From the NCBI GenBank assembly GCA_963788195.1, contig CAWBGA010000017.1:640001-704000 (forward strand): a stretch of DNA of 64,000 bases, in the 5' to 3' direction. The DNA comes from Nitrospirota bacterium (GTDB lineage Bacteria; Nitrospirota; Nitrospiria; Nitrospirales; NS-4). The position numbers and the translations under genes are program-made. Below are positions 10,803-22,382 of the stretch, in pieces. Numbering within the stretch: the first letter of the stretch is position 1; every line of letters begins with the position of its first letter. Below the pieces are notes generated by a model. The model had not been told where the DNA came from. It did no database searches and worked only from the letters and a program-made list of their open reading frames with translations.

Positions 10803-12477
10803 TCAAACCGCCGAGCCGGCGTATTTCTTACGGAGGCGGTTTCGCAGCGTGATGGCAATTAAATTCAGCAAAACGACCACGATGATGAGGACAAGCGTGG
10901 TGATGTAGACCATGGGCTTGGCCGCTTCGACGTTCGGGGATTGAAACCCGACGTCGTAAATATGAAAACCGAGATGCATGAACTTGCGATCCAGATGGAA
11001 AAACGGCCATTGCCAGTCGAGCGGGAGCGTAGGCGCCAGCTTCACGACGCCGGTCAACATGAGCGGCGCCACTTCGCCGGCCGCTCGCGCCATGGCTAAA
11101 ATCAAACCGGTGAGGATGCCCGGCAAAGCGGACGGCACGACCACCCGCGCCAGGCTCTCGAGCTTCGTCGCGCCGAGCGCCAGCGATGCCTCACGAAGGT
11201 CCCTCGGCACCGCGGCCAGGCCTTCTTCAGTCGCAACGATGACGACAGGGACCGTTAACAATGCCAGCGTCAGTGAAGCCCAGAGAATGCCGCCTGTGCC
11301 AAAGGTCGGCGTCGGCAGCGCCTCAGGAAAAAACACAGTGTCGATCGTCCCGCCGATGGCATAGACAAAAAAGCCCAGCCCGAAGACCCCGAAGACGATG
11401 GACGGCACCCCCGCAAGGTTATTGACGGCGATCCGGACCAGACGGACCAGAACGCCCTGCCGCGCGTACTCCCTCAGATACAGGGCGGCCAGGACCCCGA
11501 ACGGCACGACCGCGATGGTCATGATGAACACCATCATCACGGTCCCGAAGATGGCCGGAAAAATCCCGCCCTCAGTGTTGGCCTCGCGCGGCTCTTCGGT
11601 GAGCACGCGCCAGACGTTTGCCGCATACGTTCCGCTCTTGGCGATCCCTCCCATGGCATTCGGCCGCAGCGCGCGAATGATTTGACTCACCGGGAGTTGT
11701 TTTTCTCTTCCGTTCGCATCCGCAATGATTAGCCGTGTATTCATTCAAAGAGGCACTGAGACTCTCAAGCCGCGTCATCTGTTCCTGGTACCGGGCTTCC
11801 GCAGATGCCATTTGGCTCTTCAATCGTTCGATGTCGTCTGTCTTTCTGGCCTCTATGCCGGAGAGCTCAAGGCGTCGAATCTTCAATCTCAACCGCTCGA
11901 TCTCGGTGTTGATGGCCCCGATATCCACCCGCTCGATTCTGGAAATCCTGGCATGTAAGTCATTCGTCTCAGCAATGAGGGGAAGAAGGGCCTGCCATGA
12001 CGGCTGGTCTCCTTGCGCGATTTGTTCATCGCCCCGGTAGACCGCCTTGACCCGCCCGTACATGTTGCCCCATTCCCGCCGCTCCAGCAGCACGGCTTCC
12101 GGCGGAAACGATCGGGAAGTAATCGCGTCTTCGTTGATCCATTTAAAGTCCAGGCCATAGAGGTCGCGGTTCCCGATTTTCAGACGGATGCGCGTCCGTT
12201 GGTTGGAATCGGTTTCGCTTGACGATGGAATGGTCTCGCGGCCGGCTAATTGGCCGAGTACATGGGTGCCGTCCCTGAGCGTCAACTCGACGATATCAGC
12301 CGGCCAGAAATAGCCGAGCCCGTTGAACATGATGAGCAGCAGCAGGCCTACCACCATCAAGAGAGCGATCGCGAGGCCGGCCCCGCTCCCCCACACGAAC
12401 AGATCCCCGGAAGCGAGATATTTCCTCAATAAAGGGGACAGGCTACTTTGTTTCCGGTCCTCAGCCTTTCCCATCAT
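10803..12477 (-). CDS. pstA: Phosphate ABC permease PstA, long form with coiled coil; frameshift near 11740
   Basis: ORFs 11572..12477 and 10803..11744; [21 protein letters not shown]. Confidence 0.92.
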
Positions 12478-12512
12478 GCCTTCACCTCAAACAAAGTAGC
12501 CTGTCCCCTTTA

Positions 12513-14820
12513 TTAGAACTGGCTGTATTTCTTCCTCAGCCGCTGACGGATAATATCCGCCCCCGTATTAAGGACAAACGTGATGACGAAGAGGAGTAAC
12601 GCCGCCATGAAGAGGGTCCGGTACAACGTGCCGCCGTGAGGCGCCTCGGGAATTTCGACCGCAATGTTCGCAGACAGGGTCCGGAAGCCGTTGAAGAGGC
12701 TCCAATCCATGATCGGGGTGTTGCCGGTTGCCATCAGTACGATCATGGTCTCGCCGACCGCCCGGCCAAACCCGATCATGACCGCCGAGAAGATACCGGG
12801 GCTTGCCGAGATGAAGACAAGCCGTGCCAGCGTCTGCCAGCGGGTGGCGCCCAACGCCAGAGAACCGGCGATGAGATTCTTCGGGACGTTTGAGAGCGCC
12901 TCCTCCGAGATGCTGAAGATGATCGGGAATGATGGCAAAGCCCATGGCCAACCCCACGACCAAGGCATTGCGTTGGTCATAGCGAACACCCAAGTGTGAG
13001 GCCAGCCATTCTTTATAGTGCCCGCCGAACAGCAAGGCCTCGAGCCCCTGGTTTTGACTCACACACAGGGCAACGGCTCCCGCGATGACCGGGATGAGCA
13101 GCAGAAACTCGGCGCCCGGGCGCAGGCGGTTACGGATCACGCTTGGAACCAGCTGCCAGGCCAGAGAGGCCAGAACCACGCTCAAGGGCACGACGAAGAC
13201 CATCCCCACGACCGCGGGGAAGATCCGCTCGAGCAGCGGCGCCATCCAGAGACCTGCCAGGAAGCCCAAGACGACAGTCGGAAGAGCCGCCATGATCTCG
13301 ATCACCGGCTTGATGCGCGCCCGAAGATCGGGGTGCATAAACATGGATGTGTAAATGGCCCCGAGGACCGCAAGCGGAACAGCTAACAGAAGCGCGTACA
13401 GCGTCCCCTTGAGCGTTCCAAAGATCAGGGGCGTCAGGCCGAATTTGGGCTCGAAGTCGTCCGAGCCGCTTGAAGACTGCCAGACGTGCTCAGGCTGGCT
13501 GTATCCTTCGTACCACACGGGCAAAAACAGCGATGCCAACGTAATTTCCGGATGCGGATTATTGATCGCGTAGCTTCGCAGCTGCCCTTCTCGGTCCAAT
13601 ACCACCGCTCCGTTTGCCTTGGGGCCGAAGAGGAGGGCCTGCACCGGGGCTCCATGTCCCGACAGGCGTAGCACGGTCTGCTCCGATGTGGCGTAGTGGA
13701 CGGAGACATTCCCATTGGCGTCCCCGGTGATGAAGCCTTTATCGCGCTGTGACGGAGAGATTGCCGTCACCGCGGCAGAATGCGGGGCGAAGCGATGGAT
13801 AGTTTGAAGGCGCGTCGTGTTGCTCTCGTTCGCCAAGCGCACAGGCATCCACACCGAGACATCTCCGGCGCCCGTCCCAATCACCAGGCTGCGATCACCG
13901 ATCAGGTACTCAAGCGCCGTGACAGCAGTGCCGCGCGGCGCCACGGCATAGCTTCCGAGGAGAACCGGTCGAGTGATCTCTCGCACGTCAAAATGGTAGA
14001 GATATCCGTCGGCCGTTCCCGCTGAGAGCGTTTCACCACGGCTGTCCAACACGAGGGCGGTGACCGTTCCCGCGATGTGGGGGGTCAGGTCGATGGAGTC
14101 TGCGCTCATCGACACATTTCCATCAGGCCTCGGTGTTGACCGAGTGGCTGTGTACCAGAGACGGCCCGCATCGGTAAAAACGGCGGCTGCGGTTCCCACA
14201 TCCGTCTTTTGGTAGGCGAGTCGGAGGATCTCGTGTTGGGTGGGATCTGCCTGGAACGCTGCTTCAGGATTGATGGAGGCGACAATGATTCGATTGCCCG
14301 AGGCATAGTCACTGGCGAAGTCTATTGAGGCCGTAATCACCTTCCCGTCAACGGTGCCGGCGGCGACATGGTCGCTTTTCCCATGAGATCGGGAGACAGC
14401 GCTCATTGTCGCTTGCTTGAATGCCTCCGGCACGGCGATCTGGAGTGACTTCCCCGTCAGTAGGTCGATAAACGCAATGCCATCAGTCGTGAACCTGTAC
14501 GTAATTTCGAGGTGCTCATCCACGCCGACAACGGAAGGCTGAGGCAATGTAGCAGAAGGTCTCTCTGTCGGATAGGCGCCGATCTGTTTTGCCGTCGGCG
14601 CGATAAAAAGCGGCGCGACTTCCCTGACCAGAAAAACAAAGATTGCCAGGATGCTCAAGATCACAAGTAGTCCGCCTGATTGGACCACGAGCTTCGCGAA
14701 GCGGTCTAGAAGGCGCCGGCGGCTTTGATAACCCACATGGATTGTTGAAAATGGGGCCGGCGGATTCGCCGGCCCCGGCAGGATCATCTGCGACGGAGTG
14801 GCTGGGAGGTCACTACTCAA
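12513..14820 (-). CDS. pstC: Phosphate ABC permease PstC, long form with WD40-like periplasmic domain; frameshift near 12930
   Basis: ORFs 12568..14820 and 12513..12989; [24 protein letters not shown]. Confidence 0.92.
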
Positions 14821-15799
14821 GCTTTTTCATTTCTTTCTCGCCCATCGCCGGCGATAGCGGGTAGAACCCGTCCTTCACGACTACCTGTTGGCCCTCGCGG
14901 CTGTAGACAAATTTGAGGAACTCCTTCACCAGGGGATCCAGGGGTTTGTTCGGAGCTTTATTGACATACAAGTACAGGTGGCGCCACAGAGGGTAGGTCC
15001 CCTCCATCGCGTTTTCCTGAGTCGCCTCCTTGAAGGCTGTCCCCTCTTTTTCAGCCAGCGGAAGAGGCCGAACGCCGGAGGTCACATACCCGATGCCGCT
15101 ATATCCGATCCCGGCCCGGTCTTCCGACACTCCTTGCACCACCGAGGCCGATCCGGGTTGTTCTTTCACTTCATCCTTAAAGTCGCCGTTCTTTAACGCG
15201 TGCTCTTTAAAAAACCCGTACGTCCCCGACGCCGAATTTCGACCGTACAGACTGATCGGCTCGGATCCTAGTGGTCCATCTACGCCGGCTTGCCCCCATT
15301 TCTGAATATTTTCCTTGTATCCCCACCGCCGGCTCTTCGAGAAGATCGCGTCCACCTGGGGCATCGCCAAGCCCTTGAGGTTGTTGTCCTTATTCACGTA
15401 GACGGCAAGGGCATCAATGGCGACAGGGAACGCAGTAGGCTTGTACCTGAATTTCCTTTCAAACGCGTCAATTTCAGTGGACTTCATCTGTCGGGACATC
15501 GGCCCGACTTGAGCGGTGCCTTCGATGAGCGCAGGGGGCGCGGTGCTCGAGCCTTTGCCCTCGATCTGAATCTTCACGTTGGGATACTGCTTGCGGAACC
15601 CTTCGGCCCACAGGGTCATGAGATTATTCAGGGTATCTGAGCCGATGCTGTTGAGATTTCCAGAGACCCCGCTGACCTTGGCGTACGCTTTCAAGTTTGG
15701 ATCGAGTTTTATCTCATCGGCGTGTACGGCAGCCGGTCCTAGGATTGAAGCGATAGCCGTGGCAGCCATTGCGATGCGAAGTCTGCGTTGATGTGTCAT
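14813..15799 (-). CDS. pstS: Phosphate-binding protein PstS
   Basis: Signal peptide; [23 protein letters not shown]. Confidence 0.94.
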   Translation of the reverse strand: MTHQRRLRIAMAATAIASILGPAAVHADEIKLDPNLKAYAKVSGVSGNLNSIGSDTLNNLMTLWAEGFRKQYPNVKIQIEGKGSSTAPPALIEGTAQVGPMSRQMKSTEIDAFERKFRYKPTAFPVAIDALAVYVNKDNNLKGLAMPQVDAIFSKSRRWGYKENIQKWGQAGVDGPLGSEPISLYGRNSASGTYGFFKEHALKNGDFKDEVKEQPGSASVVQGVSEDRAGIGYSGIGYVTSGVRPLPLAEKEGTAFKEATQENAMEGTYPLWRHLYLYVNKAPNKPLDPLVKEFLKFVYSREGQQVVVKDGFYPLSPAMGEKEMKKLE

Positions 15800-15844
15800 C
15801 GAAGCTCCTTGTACTGAATCATACGAATTGATCGGTGATGCTGT

Positions 15845-15883
15845 GGTTACCTCTGTGTTACAAGATTGTTAACTCGGTGTTAC
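15845..15883 (-). promoter_or_regulatory. Pho-box-like array upstream of pstS (4 repeats, 11-bp period)
   Basis: Minus strand reads GTAACA-ccgag-TTAACA-atctt-GTAACA-cagag-GTAACC. Confidence 0.8.
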
Positions 15884-17296
15884 TAGAAGCTCCACACCAT
15901 GTCCACCTGCATCCGGTCGATCTGGTCCCGACACGAGTTATTCGTTCCGCAGACGCTTTTCTCGAGCGGTTTGGTGTTGAAAAATTTGACCCTAAAATTG
16001 AGATAATCCGTGAAGTTATATCCCACCCACACAATATTGCCGCGTCGGTTCGTGCCGCCGTCGCCGAAGTCAGAATCGGCGAACGCTGACAGCACGGCGT
16101 CGGCCTGGAGCCACTTGTAGTAATAGGCAACCTCCCACGTCTTCGCCTTGCTAGCCCTTCCAACGCGCAACCCGACTTGGTAGCCCTTATTCTGATCTTC
16201 AACGGCAAAGCCGCCGCATCGGCCGACAACATTGTTGCCGTTGTTCGCACAAGTTTTCGTGCCCCTAGTGTTCTTGACATAATCGGCGGAGAACTCCAGC
16301 GGTATTCCTACGACGGCCGTCTCAAACAAGCCGGTGAGCTGAAGGACGTCATAGTCATTGACATAGGCGGCCGCGTTGGTAGAGGGGGCGACCCGGCTAT
16401 TGAACTGCTGAAGAGTGGCCTCAGAAATACCGCCGGTGTTCAGCTTGACGGCATCAAAAAAGCCTGCGGCCAGTCGAAGCTCTGTTAATGCCGAATTTCG
16501 CTTCCACACCACCTTGGTATGCGAGCAGGTATTGATCGTTGGTATCCGCGCTGTCTTCATCCAGGACGAACTGGCCAAAGTTTGCAAACAGCGTGAACGC
16601 GTCGGTAATTTTAAACTTCAGGTTTTCGGCGGCGCCTTCCGGATTGAGGTCAGCGTCAAAAAGCAAGTCATTGGTATACTGCGTGTAGAACGGGTTCCTC
16701 ATTTTTCCGCCGTAGAGGGTCAGGGGTTTGAAAAATGAGGGATTCCAGAGCGCATAGGCCTGCAAAATAAAAAACTCTTTCTGGGAAAAGGCGTTGTCGA
16801 ATGATTGATTGTTAGAGACCTGATCACCATTGATCCCATCGGTTGATTGAGCTGTGCCGAATTGGGCAATGATTTTGAAGTCACCGATCGTAATCTCAGG
16901 TCCTATGCGCAACCGAAAGCGCTCGCGGCTGCGATCCACAGCTACCTGGTATCCTGCGACTTCCCCCTGGTTGCCATACCGCCAAAATTGTTCATATCGA
17001 AGGCGCAGATCCCCGGACCACACGACGCTGTCGATCCAGTTTTTTCTCGGCGTGGCGTGCGTGACGACTCCTTTGCGCGCCTCTGCCGCAAGGCGGTCTC
17101 GCTCCGCGTCTTCTCTTTCTTTTTCAGCTTTCGCCTTGACCCATTCATCCTTGGTGATCTTTCCGCTCTCATAGAGAACGTCTTCGAGAGCGGCCTCGGC
17201 CGGCAGAGCGACCAGAGACAGGACCACAGAAAGAATCAGACCTGCCGCCATAACTGTGCCCCTGACCGGGGTGGATACTGCATTTGCTCGCCTCAT
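15883..17296 (-). CDS. Putative outer-membrane porin; frameshift near 16490
   Basis: ORFs 16454..17362 and 15883..16587; signal peptide, GDLRLRYE, RERFRLR, DSDFGDGGTN, C-terminal aromatic (VWSF). Confidence 0.8.
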
Positions 17297-17372
17297 CTCG
17301 CCTCCTTTTAGCATGGGACTTCGCCGTGCTTCCGTCAGCCGGCATTCGTATATCACGGGCACTGGCGCTAGA

Positions 17373-17400
17373 CGTTACGTCGACATTACGCCCTCGTAAA
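17373..17400 (-). promoter_or_regulatory. Pho-box-like array upstream of porin 1
   Basis: Minus strand reads TTTACG-agggc-GTAATG-tcgac-GTAACG, 11-bp period. Confidence 0.6.
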
Positions 17401-17406
17401 CTTGTT

Positions 17407-17576
17407 CCATTGCACCCTCCCAACCCCGCGGCTGCCATTGCACCCGCCCGCCCTGGAGTCTGCCAAGACAGCCTCCTTAGCCCCTGGACAGCCGCTGTTC
17501 CCGTGACACCCACCCAACCCTGAAATCTCATTTCACCCACCCGCCCCGGCGCCGCCAAGACGGCGCCTTGTCCCGT
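17407..17576. repeat. Cluster of degenerate REP/MITE-like intergenic repeats with CCAAGA-loop hairpins
   Basis: Four CACCCnCCC(A/G)-type units; hairpins GGAGTCTG-CCAAGA-CAGCCTCC (17455-17476) and GGCGCCG-CCAAGA-CGGCGCC (17548-17567). Confidence 0.6.
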
Positions 17577-17679
17577 GAGACAGATTTCTTTCCCCTGGAC
17601 TCGCCGTCGCTGTCCATTTAGAATCCGCCCGACTTTCTGGACTGCAATAACGAATCGCGCGCAAATCGAGAGGGGTCGC

Positions 17680-18594
17680 ATGAAGAACGCCCTATTGTCG
17701 GTGTTATTGGCCATGGCCGTGGTCGCGTGCGCAAGTGATCGCGACCAAATTGTTGCGCAAGACGGTGGCAACTTTGTCCGCCTCGAGCGCGATCCGATCG
17801 CACCGCGAGCAGGAAACAGCCATCCCGCTCACGTGACGCCTGAACGCCTCCAGGCGTCACTTGCCACGATCACAGTGCAAAGCCCTTCAGGGGCCTTGTT
17901 CGGGAAACAGGAGACGCTGGCCTTGTTCGATCCTGAGGATTTGACCTTTCTGGCACCTGCGCTCTCAGACGCGCTCGCGGCCGCGAAGCCATCCGAGCGG
18001 GCTGTCTTCTACCTTGAACAGCGGGGACGCCTGATGCGCCCGGAGGTCACGACAGGCGCCGTCGCCATGAAGGGTGATGGCCTGGCGTTCACTCTCGGCC
18101 ACTATCGACGCACGGATGTCACGGGGGTCATCCAGAACGATCGCCAATCGGACAATTGGAGGGAGGTGCGGTCGGATCCAATGTTTGGAGTGTATGACGT
18201 GAACACCCGCGTGTCCGCACCGGGAGCAGCTCCCGGCGACGGCCCTCGGAGCCTCCGATTCGCCCAGGTGTTCGCAGAGGCCGGCCCACCCCCGCGAGCC
18301 ACCGTGGCTGCCTCAGGCACTGATGCTCAACTTCCGCCGCCCCCGACTCGTTCCATCGGAAAACTAGATCATACGGCAGCCGGAGCCAAGCCGGAGTCAC
18401 CTGCACTCGAGCAACGCCTGCGAGCGGTCGAGCTGCAAAACGCGGCCATGCGAGCGTCGGTCGACGAACTGAAGGGAAAGATGGGCGAACTAGACAAGCG
18501 GTTCGAATCGTTAGAGCAGGATATTGAATTAATTAAACGGGCCATACTTCGAGACACCAAGAAACCCACCAAACCAGGGCGATCGGCCAGGTAA
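17680..18594 (+). CDS. Lipoprotein with C-terminal coiled coil (paralog of 20286..21229)
   Basis: MKNALLSVLLAMAVVAC lipobox; VRLERDP...NSHPAHV...LF.PEDL..LAP.LS.ALA.A.P.ER..FY shared with the paralog. Confidence 0.8.
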   Translation: MKNALLSVLLAMAVVACASDRDQIVAQDGGNFVRLERDPIAPRAGNSHPAHVTPERLQASLATITVQSPSGALFGKQETLALFDPEDLTFLAPALSDALAAAKPSERAVFYLEQRGRLMRPEVTTGAVAMKGDGLAFTLGHYRRTDVTGVIQNDRQSDNWREVRSDPMFGVYDVNTRVSAPGAAPGDGPRSLRFAQVFAEAGPPPRATVAASGTDAQLPPPPTRSIGKLDHTAAGAKPESPALEQRLRAVELQNAAMRASVDELKGKMGELDKRFESLEQDIELIKRAILRDTKKPTKPGRSAR

Positions 18595-18607
18595 GTCCTC
18601 CTTCCAG

Positions 18608-18641
18608 AGTTTACGCCGATTTAAAGTTCGCTTGAGCGCGT
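18608..18641 (+). repeat. 34-bp element, copy 1 (Pho-box-like, no sense gene downstream)
   Basis: agtttacgccgatttaaagttcgcttgagcgcgt; 32/34 identical to 21921-21954. Confidence 0.85.
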
Positions 18642-18646
18642 CTAGA

Positions 18647-20034
18647 TCAGAACCACCGCACGTGGAGTTGCAACAGGAGCGCATCATTCCCGAATTCGTC
18701 GAACTTGGTCACGGTGGTGCCTGGTCCAAAGCCGTCGCGGTGCCGGAATTCGTAATTGATCATGAACTTCGCCTGAATCTTCGGCGGGAGGTTCGCAAAG
18801 TAGTAATTGATCCCCACGGTGGTCCGCTCCGCCATGTCCTGGGAAACATTGGTGCTCGGATCGAATTGCTCATAACGCGCAAGCACTTCCCAGTCTTTGA
18901 GCGGACCGCTTTGAATCAAATATTTGGCATAGACGTACCACGCCTTGCGGAGTTCTCCGCGAGTGCCCGCCGCAAAATTATCGGCCGCATTCACCGGCGG
19001 CGCGTCATGACCCCAGGCATACTCACCCTGGATCCAGAAACCTGGAAGAATTCCGGCTTCCATTGAAAATCGGCAATATAGCGGTCGTAATTCCCTTTGC
19101 CGCGCCCACCGTTCCGGCTGTTGAGGTTGGTGCTCTCACCCTGGATCGTCCCCATGCTGAAGAACAAATCCTTCCGCGGTTTCACTCTGGCTCGGCCGAA
19201 GAAGTCCTTCTGGCTGTTATTGTCGAAGGCGCTCCCCGGGCCGTTAATGCCATTGCCGTTCATGATTCCTAGATCCAATTCCAACTGTTCGAGAGGCTTG
19301 CTCATGAGATCAACATACACATCCCGCTCTTGGATGAAGTCGATAGTCCCACCGCCCAACGTTCCGGCAGCAGCAGTGCCGGTGAATCCTCCCGCTGAGG
19401 CTCCCGGAGCCTGGGTGATGTAGTTGCGGTTGATAAAGTCAATCAGGCCGCTGGATGTCGAGTTTTCGATGCCCACCGGGATCCGGTACTGGCCGATCCG
19501 AAACCTATCGACATATGGTTGGGCGGTGAGTGACGGCACGATATCGACGTAGGCTTCCCGAATGATTTGGTTGTTGTCGGTCGCGGTGCCGGTCGTGGAG
19601 ATCGAATTCAGTCCTGAGCTGCGGCCGATATTGCTGTTGGCGGCAAAGTCAAAGAGCATGTGCCACCGAGGCCAATAATCGTTGACCTTTCCCCAGGTGA
19701 TTAACTCGGCCCGTCTGATAAAGAACCGGTTATCAGAGGTGCCGGGAGTGGCGTCAGCCTGATTGTTCAAGTACTGCACTTGAAGCACATTCACGCCGAT
19801 GTTGAACTTGTCCGACAGGATCGGGAGTTTGGAGACTTTTTTCTGCCATTCGTCTAATTTTTCCAACGGCGCTGCTGCTTTTTCCGCATCGGCCTTGGCC
19901 TTGAGCCACTCTTCCTTCGTAATGACACCTTTTTCGTACAATGTGTCTTCAAGCGCCGCTTCGGCTGACCCCATAAGCAACAAGAGGGCAACGCCCATCA
20001 TGCCGAATACTCGCGGGATCTTTTGTTCGCTCAT
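18647..20034 (-). CDS. Phosphate-selective porin OprO/OprP-like; frameshift near 19060
   Basis: ORFs 18991..20085 and 18647..19063; FFIRRAEL, FRIGQYRIPVGIE, NGNG..DNNSQKD, TVGINYY, C-terminal Phe. Confidence 0.78.
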
Positions 20035-20205
20035 CTGGATCTTGCCTCCTTTGATTGGCACTGTAGAACCTTGTTTATTTGTCAAGACGACTGGCCGGAC
20101 CGAGATTAGCCGCTGATGATTTCCACGCCGACAACGACGGGTTAGATGTCACCGTCGCCATGGGCCCTTGACGGACTTCGGCAACCGTTAGCAGCCATGG
20201 GTAGA

Positions 20206-20222
20206 GATTACAAGCGCGTTAA
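20206..20222 (-). promoter_or_regulatory. Possible Pho box upstream of porin 2 (two repeats)
   Basis: Minus strand reads TTAACG-cgctt-GTAATC, 11-bp period. Confidence 0.4.
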
Positions 20223-20285
20223 ATTTTCCTTTGAACCGTTTCGCAGATGCAATAGCGCCCCGTGCGCCCTATAATCACAGCCGCC

Positions 20286-21229
20286 ATGCGATTCGAGCAC
20301 AGGTGGACATTCTCAGCTCTGTTACTGTGCGCCGCGTTTGTCTCGGGCTGCGCTTCATCGTCGCCGGGACAGACGATCTACCAGCAAGGGCGAAACGTTG
20401 TCCGCCTGGAGGACGACCCCGCCGCCACTCAGGGCCCGGCTCATGCACCGAACACACATCCGGTAAAGATCCAACCGGTGGAGTTGGCTTCAGTATTACG
20501 AGGGATTGGGGTGAGGAGCGACCAAGGCTCGTCGGGACTCTTCTGAGTCTTGCGGTTCCCGCCGCGCCCGTCTTTGAACCTGAGGAACTTGATCTTCTGG
20601 CCCCGGTCCTGTCCAAGGCGCTGGCTCAGGCAAGACCCGACCAGCGGGTGGCCTTCACGTACTGGAGTGCGAAGCCGGTCCGCCGGAATGCGCCGCTCGC
20701 AGGCGCGATTGCGGTCAGTGCGCCGTATCTTCGGTTCACGCTGGACGAGCATCCTACCATCGGGTGGCAGGATCCCGAGGATCCCTCCGCGCCAAAGCTG
20801 TTTGAATTGGAATTCGTCCGGCCCGGATTTGTGCGCGTCGCCAATGAAGACAAACAAAAGCGAAGCCGCCGATCGAGGCCTATGCTCGAGATCGATTATG
20901 TGAGGTTTCTCCAGCAGCAACCAGGCGACGCCAGCAGCGCTGCAGTGCGGAGAGCTCCCGACGTCGCGACGTCGGCCGTCGGGTCGGGCGACACGGCAGT
21001 CAAAGCTCCCGCGCCTACCGTCCGTCAAGAGGTGGACGTCGAGGATTTACGGCGCGAGATCAAAGAGCTGACCCTATCCAATCAAGAGCTTCGTGCGAAG
21101 ATGCGCGAATTGAGTGACCAGCTGGCCGAGACGCGGCAGCTCTTGGGTGAGAAGGTCCTGGAACTGGATCGCCTTAACAAGCGCAGCGCGGTCCCGCGTC
21201 GGCCCAATAAAACACCGGGTGGGCGCTGA
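20286..21229 (+). CDS. Lipoprotein with C-terminal coiled coil; frameshift near 20540
   Basis: N-terminus in ORF 20262..20546 (AAFVSGC lipobox, VRLEDDP..NTHPV); remainder in ORF 20231..21229. Confidence 0.75.
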
Positions 21230-21810
21230 TCATCACTACTTTGCGGTTCTTGTTTTTTCAAGTTACCTCTGTCTGATCGCGGCCTGCGCCATCCCTGTGC
21301 TGCCATCTGTCGCCGGGGACCGTTGACGTCGCCAACTCAACATACGGCATTGTCTTCGGCCGCATCGAAATCCTGCGCGATGGATTTGATCAGATGGCGT
21401 ACTCCTTCGGGAAAGAATTTGGATGGTGGATGACAGAAGAAAATACGGATCGCCGCTATGTGGTCAGAACTCTGACCCGTGATGGCGCGTTCGCGCTGAA
21501 CCTCCCGGCCGGTCGCTATCGCATCACGGGGCTGATTTACGACGAGGGCGCCGGCGTGTGGGAAGGCAAAGTCCCTGCTGAATTTCACGTGGCCGCCGGA
21601 GAGGCCACTTATCTTGGAACCTGGCGCATCACGTTCGAATTTCCCGGCCGAGCCGGCAACGTCACGGCTGGGGTGATGAATGAGCTTGACCGCGCCCGGC
21701 CAATTCTTCTCAAAACCTATGTCGGCCCTCCGAAACCACTTGAGGTGAGCCTTCTTCATACTGCGCAGCAAGGCTATTTCAGCCTGATAGAATTAAGGAT
21801 CGGCCAATGA
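21219..21810 (+). CDS. Putative lipoprotein; frameshift near 21316
   Basis: GTG 21219 gives ...YLCLIAAC lipobox; after a frame change GTVDVANSTYGIVFGRIE joins ORF 21394..21810. Confidence 0.6.
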
Positions 21811-21865
21811 AATTCGACAAGTGAGAACAGGCCAATCACGCAGAGGCCGGAGTCATTGACCTGAA

Positions 21866-21900
21866 GCAGCTATTAATCTGTCTGAAGCGCTAACAGCAGT
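21866..21900 (+). repeat. 35-bp direct repeat, left copy
   Basis: gcagctattaatctgtctgaagcgctaacagcagt; 33/35 identical to 46927-46961. Confidence 0.9.
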
Positions 21901-21920
21901 GGGGAAGCGGGCTCCTCGAA

Positions 21921-21954
21921 AGTTTACGCCGATTTAAAGATCGCTTGAGCGTGT
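21921..21954 (+). promoter_or_regulatory. 34-bp element, copy 2: Pho-box-like array upstream of CBS gene
   Basis: TTTACG-ccgat-TTAAAG-atcgc-TTGAGC, 11-bp period, followed by a TAGAGT -10-like hexamer near 21971. Confidence 0.6.
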
Positions 21955-21977
21955 TGTAGCGGACGACGCTTAGAGTT

Positions 21978-22382
21978 ATGCCCTACTGGAGGGACGCTAT
22001 GGTCACGATCAGAGAGATTATGAGACACGATGTGGTCACGCTGCCGTACGGCTCATCCGTCGTCGACGCGGCCAAGACAATGCGGGAGAGAAAAATCGGG
22101 AGCATTCTCGTTCGCATGGATAAGCGCATCGTCGGGATTGTCACGGAGCCGGATATCGTCCGGGAAGTCGTGGGCGCAGACCGGACGCCGGGATCTATCT
22201 CGGTGCAGGACATTATGAGCTCTCCAATTATTACGATTGAAGAGCGCAGCCCGTTGACCGACGCCGCCGACTTGATGGAGCGCCATGGGACGCGCCACCT
22301 GGCGGTCACAAAGTCGGGCGAGATTGTCGGAATGCTCTCCGTGCGAGACCTGCTTCGTCCGGTGTCGATCGATGAATTCTAG
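21978..22382 (+). CDS. CBS-domain pair protein
   Basis: IREIM...VGIVTEPDI...VQDIMSSP...VGMLSVRDLL. Confidence 0.9.
   Translation: MPYWRDAMVTIREIMRHDVVTLPYGSSVVDAAKTMRERKIGSILVRMDKRIVGIVTEPDIVREVVGADRTPGSISVQDIMSSPIITIEERSPLTDAADLMERHGTRHLAVTKSGEIVGMLSVRDLLRPVSIDEF

Noticed and set aside
3102..20540. Programmed frameshifting or phase variation in Pho genes
   Set aside because: Breaks are scattered over many unrelated genes with no common slippery motif or long simple repeat; sequencing error is more parsimonious.
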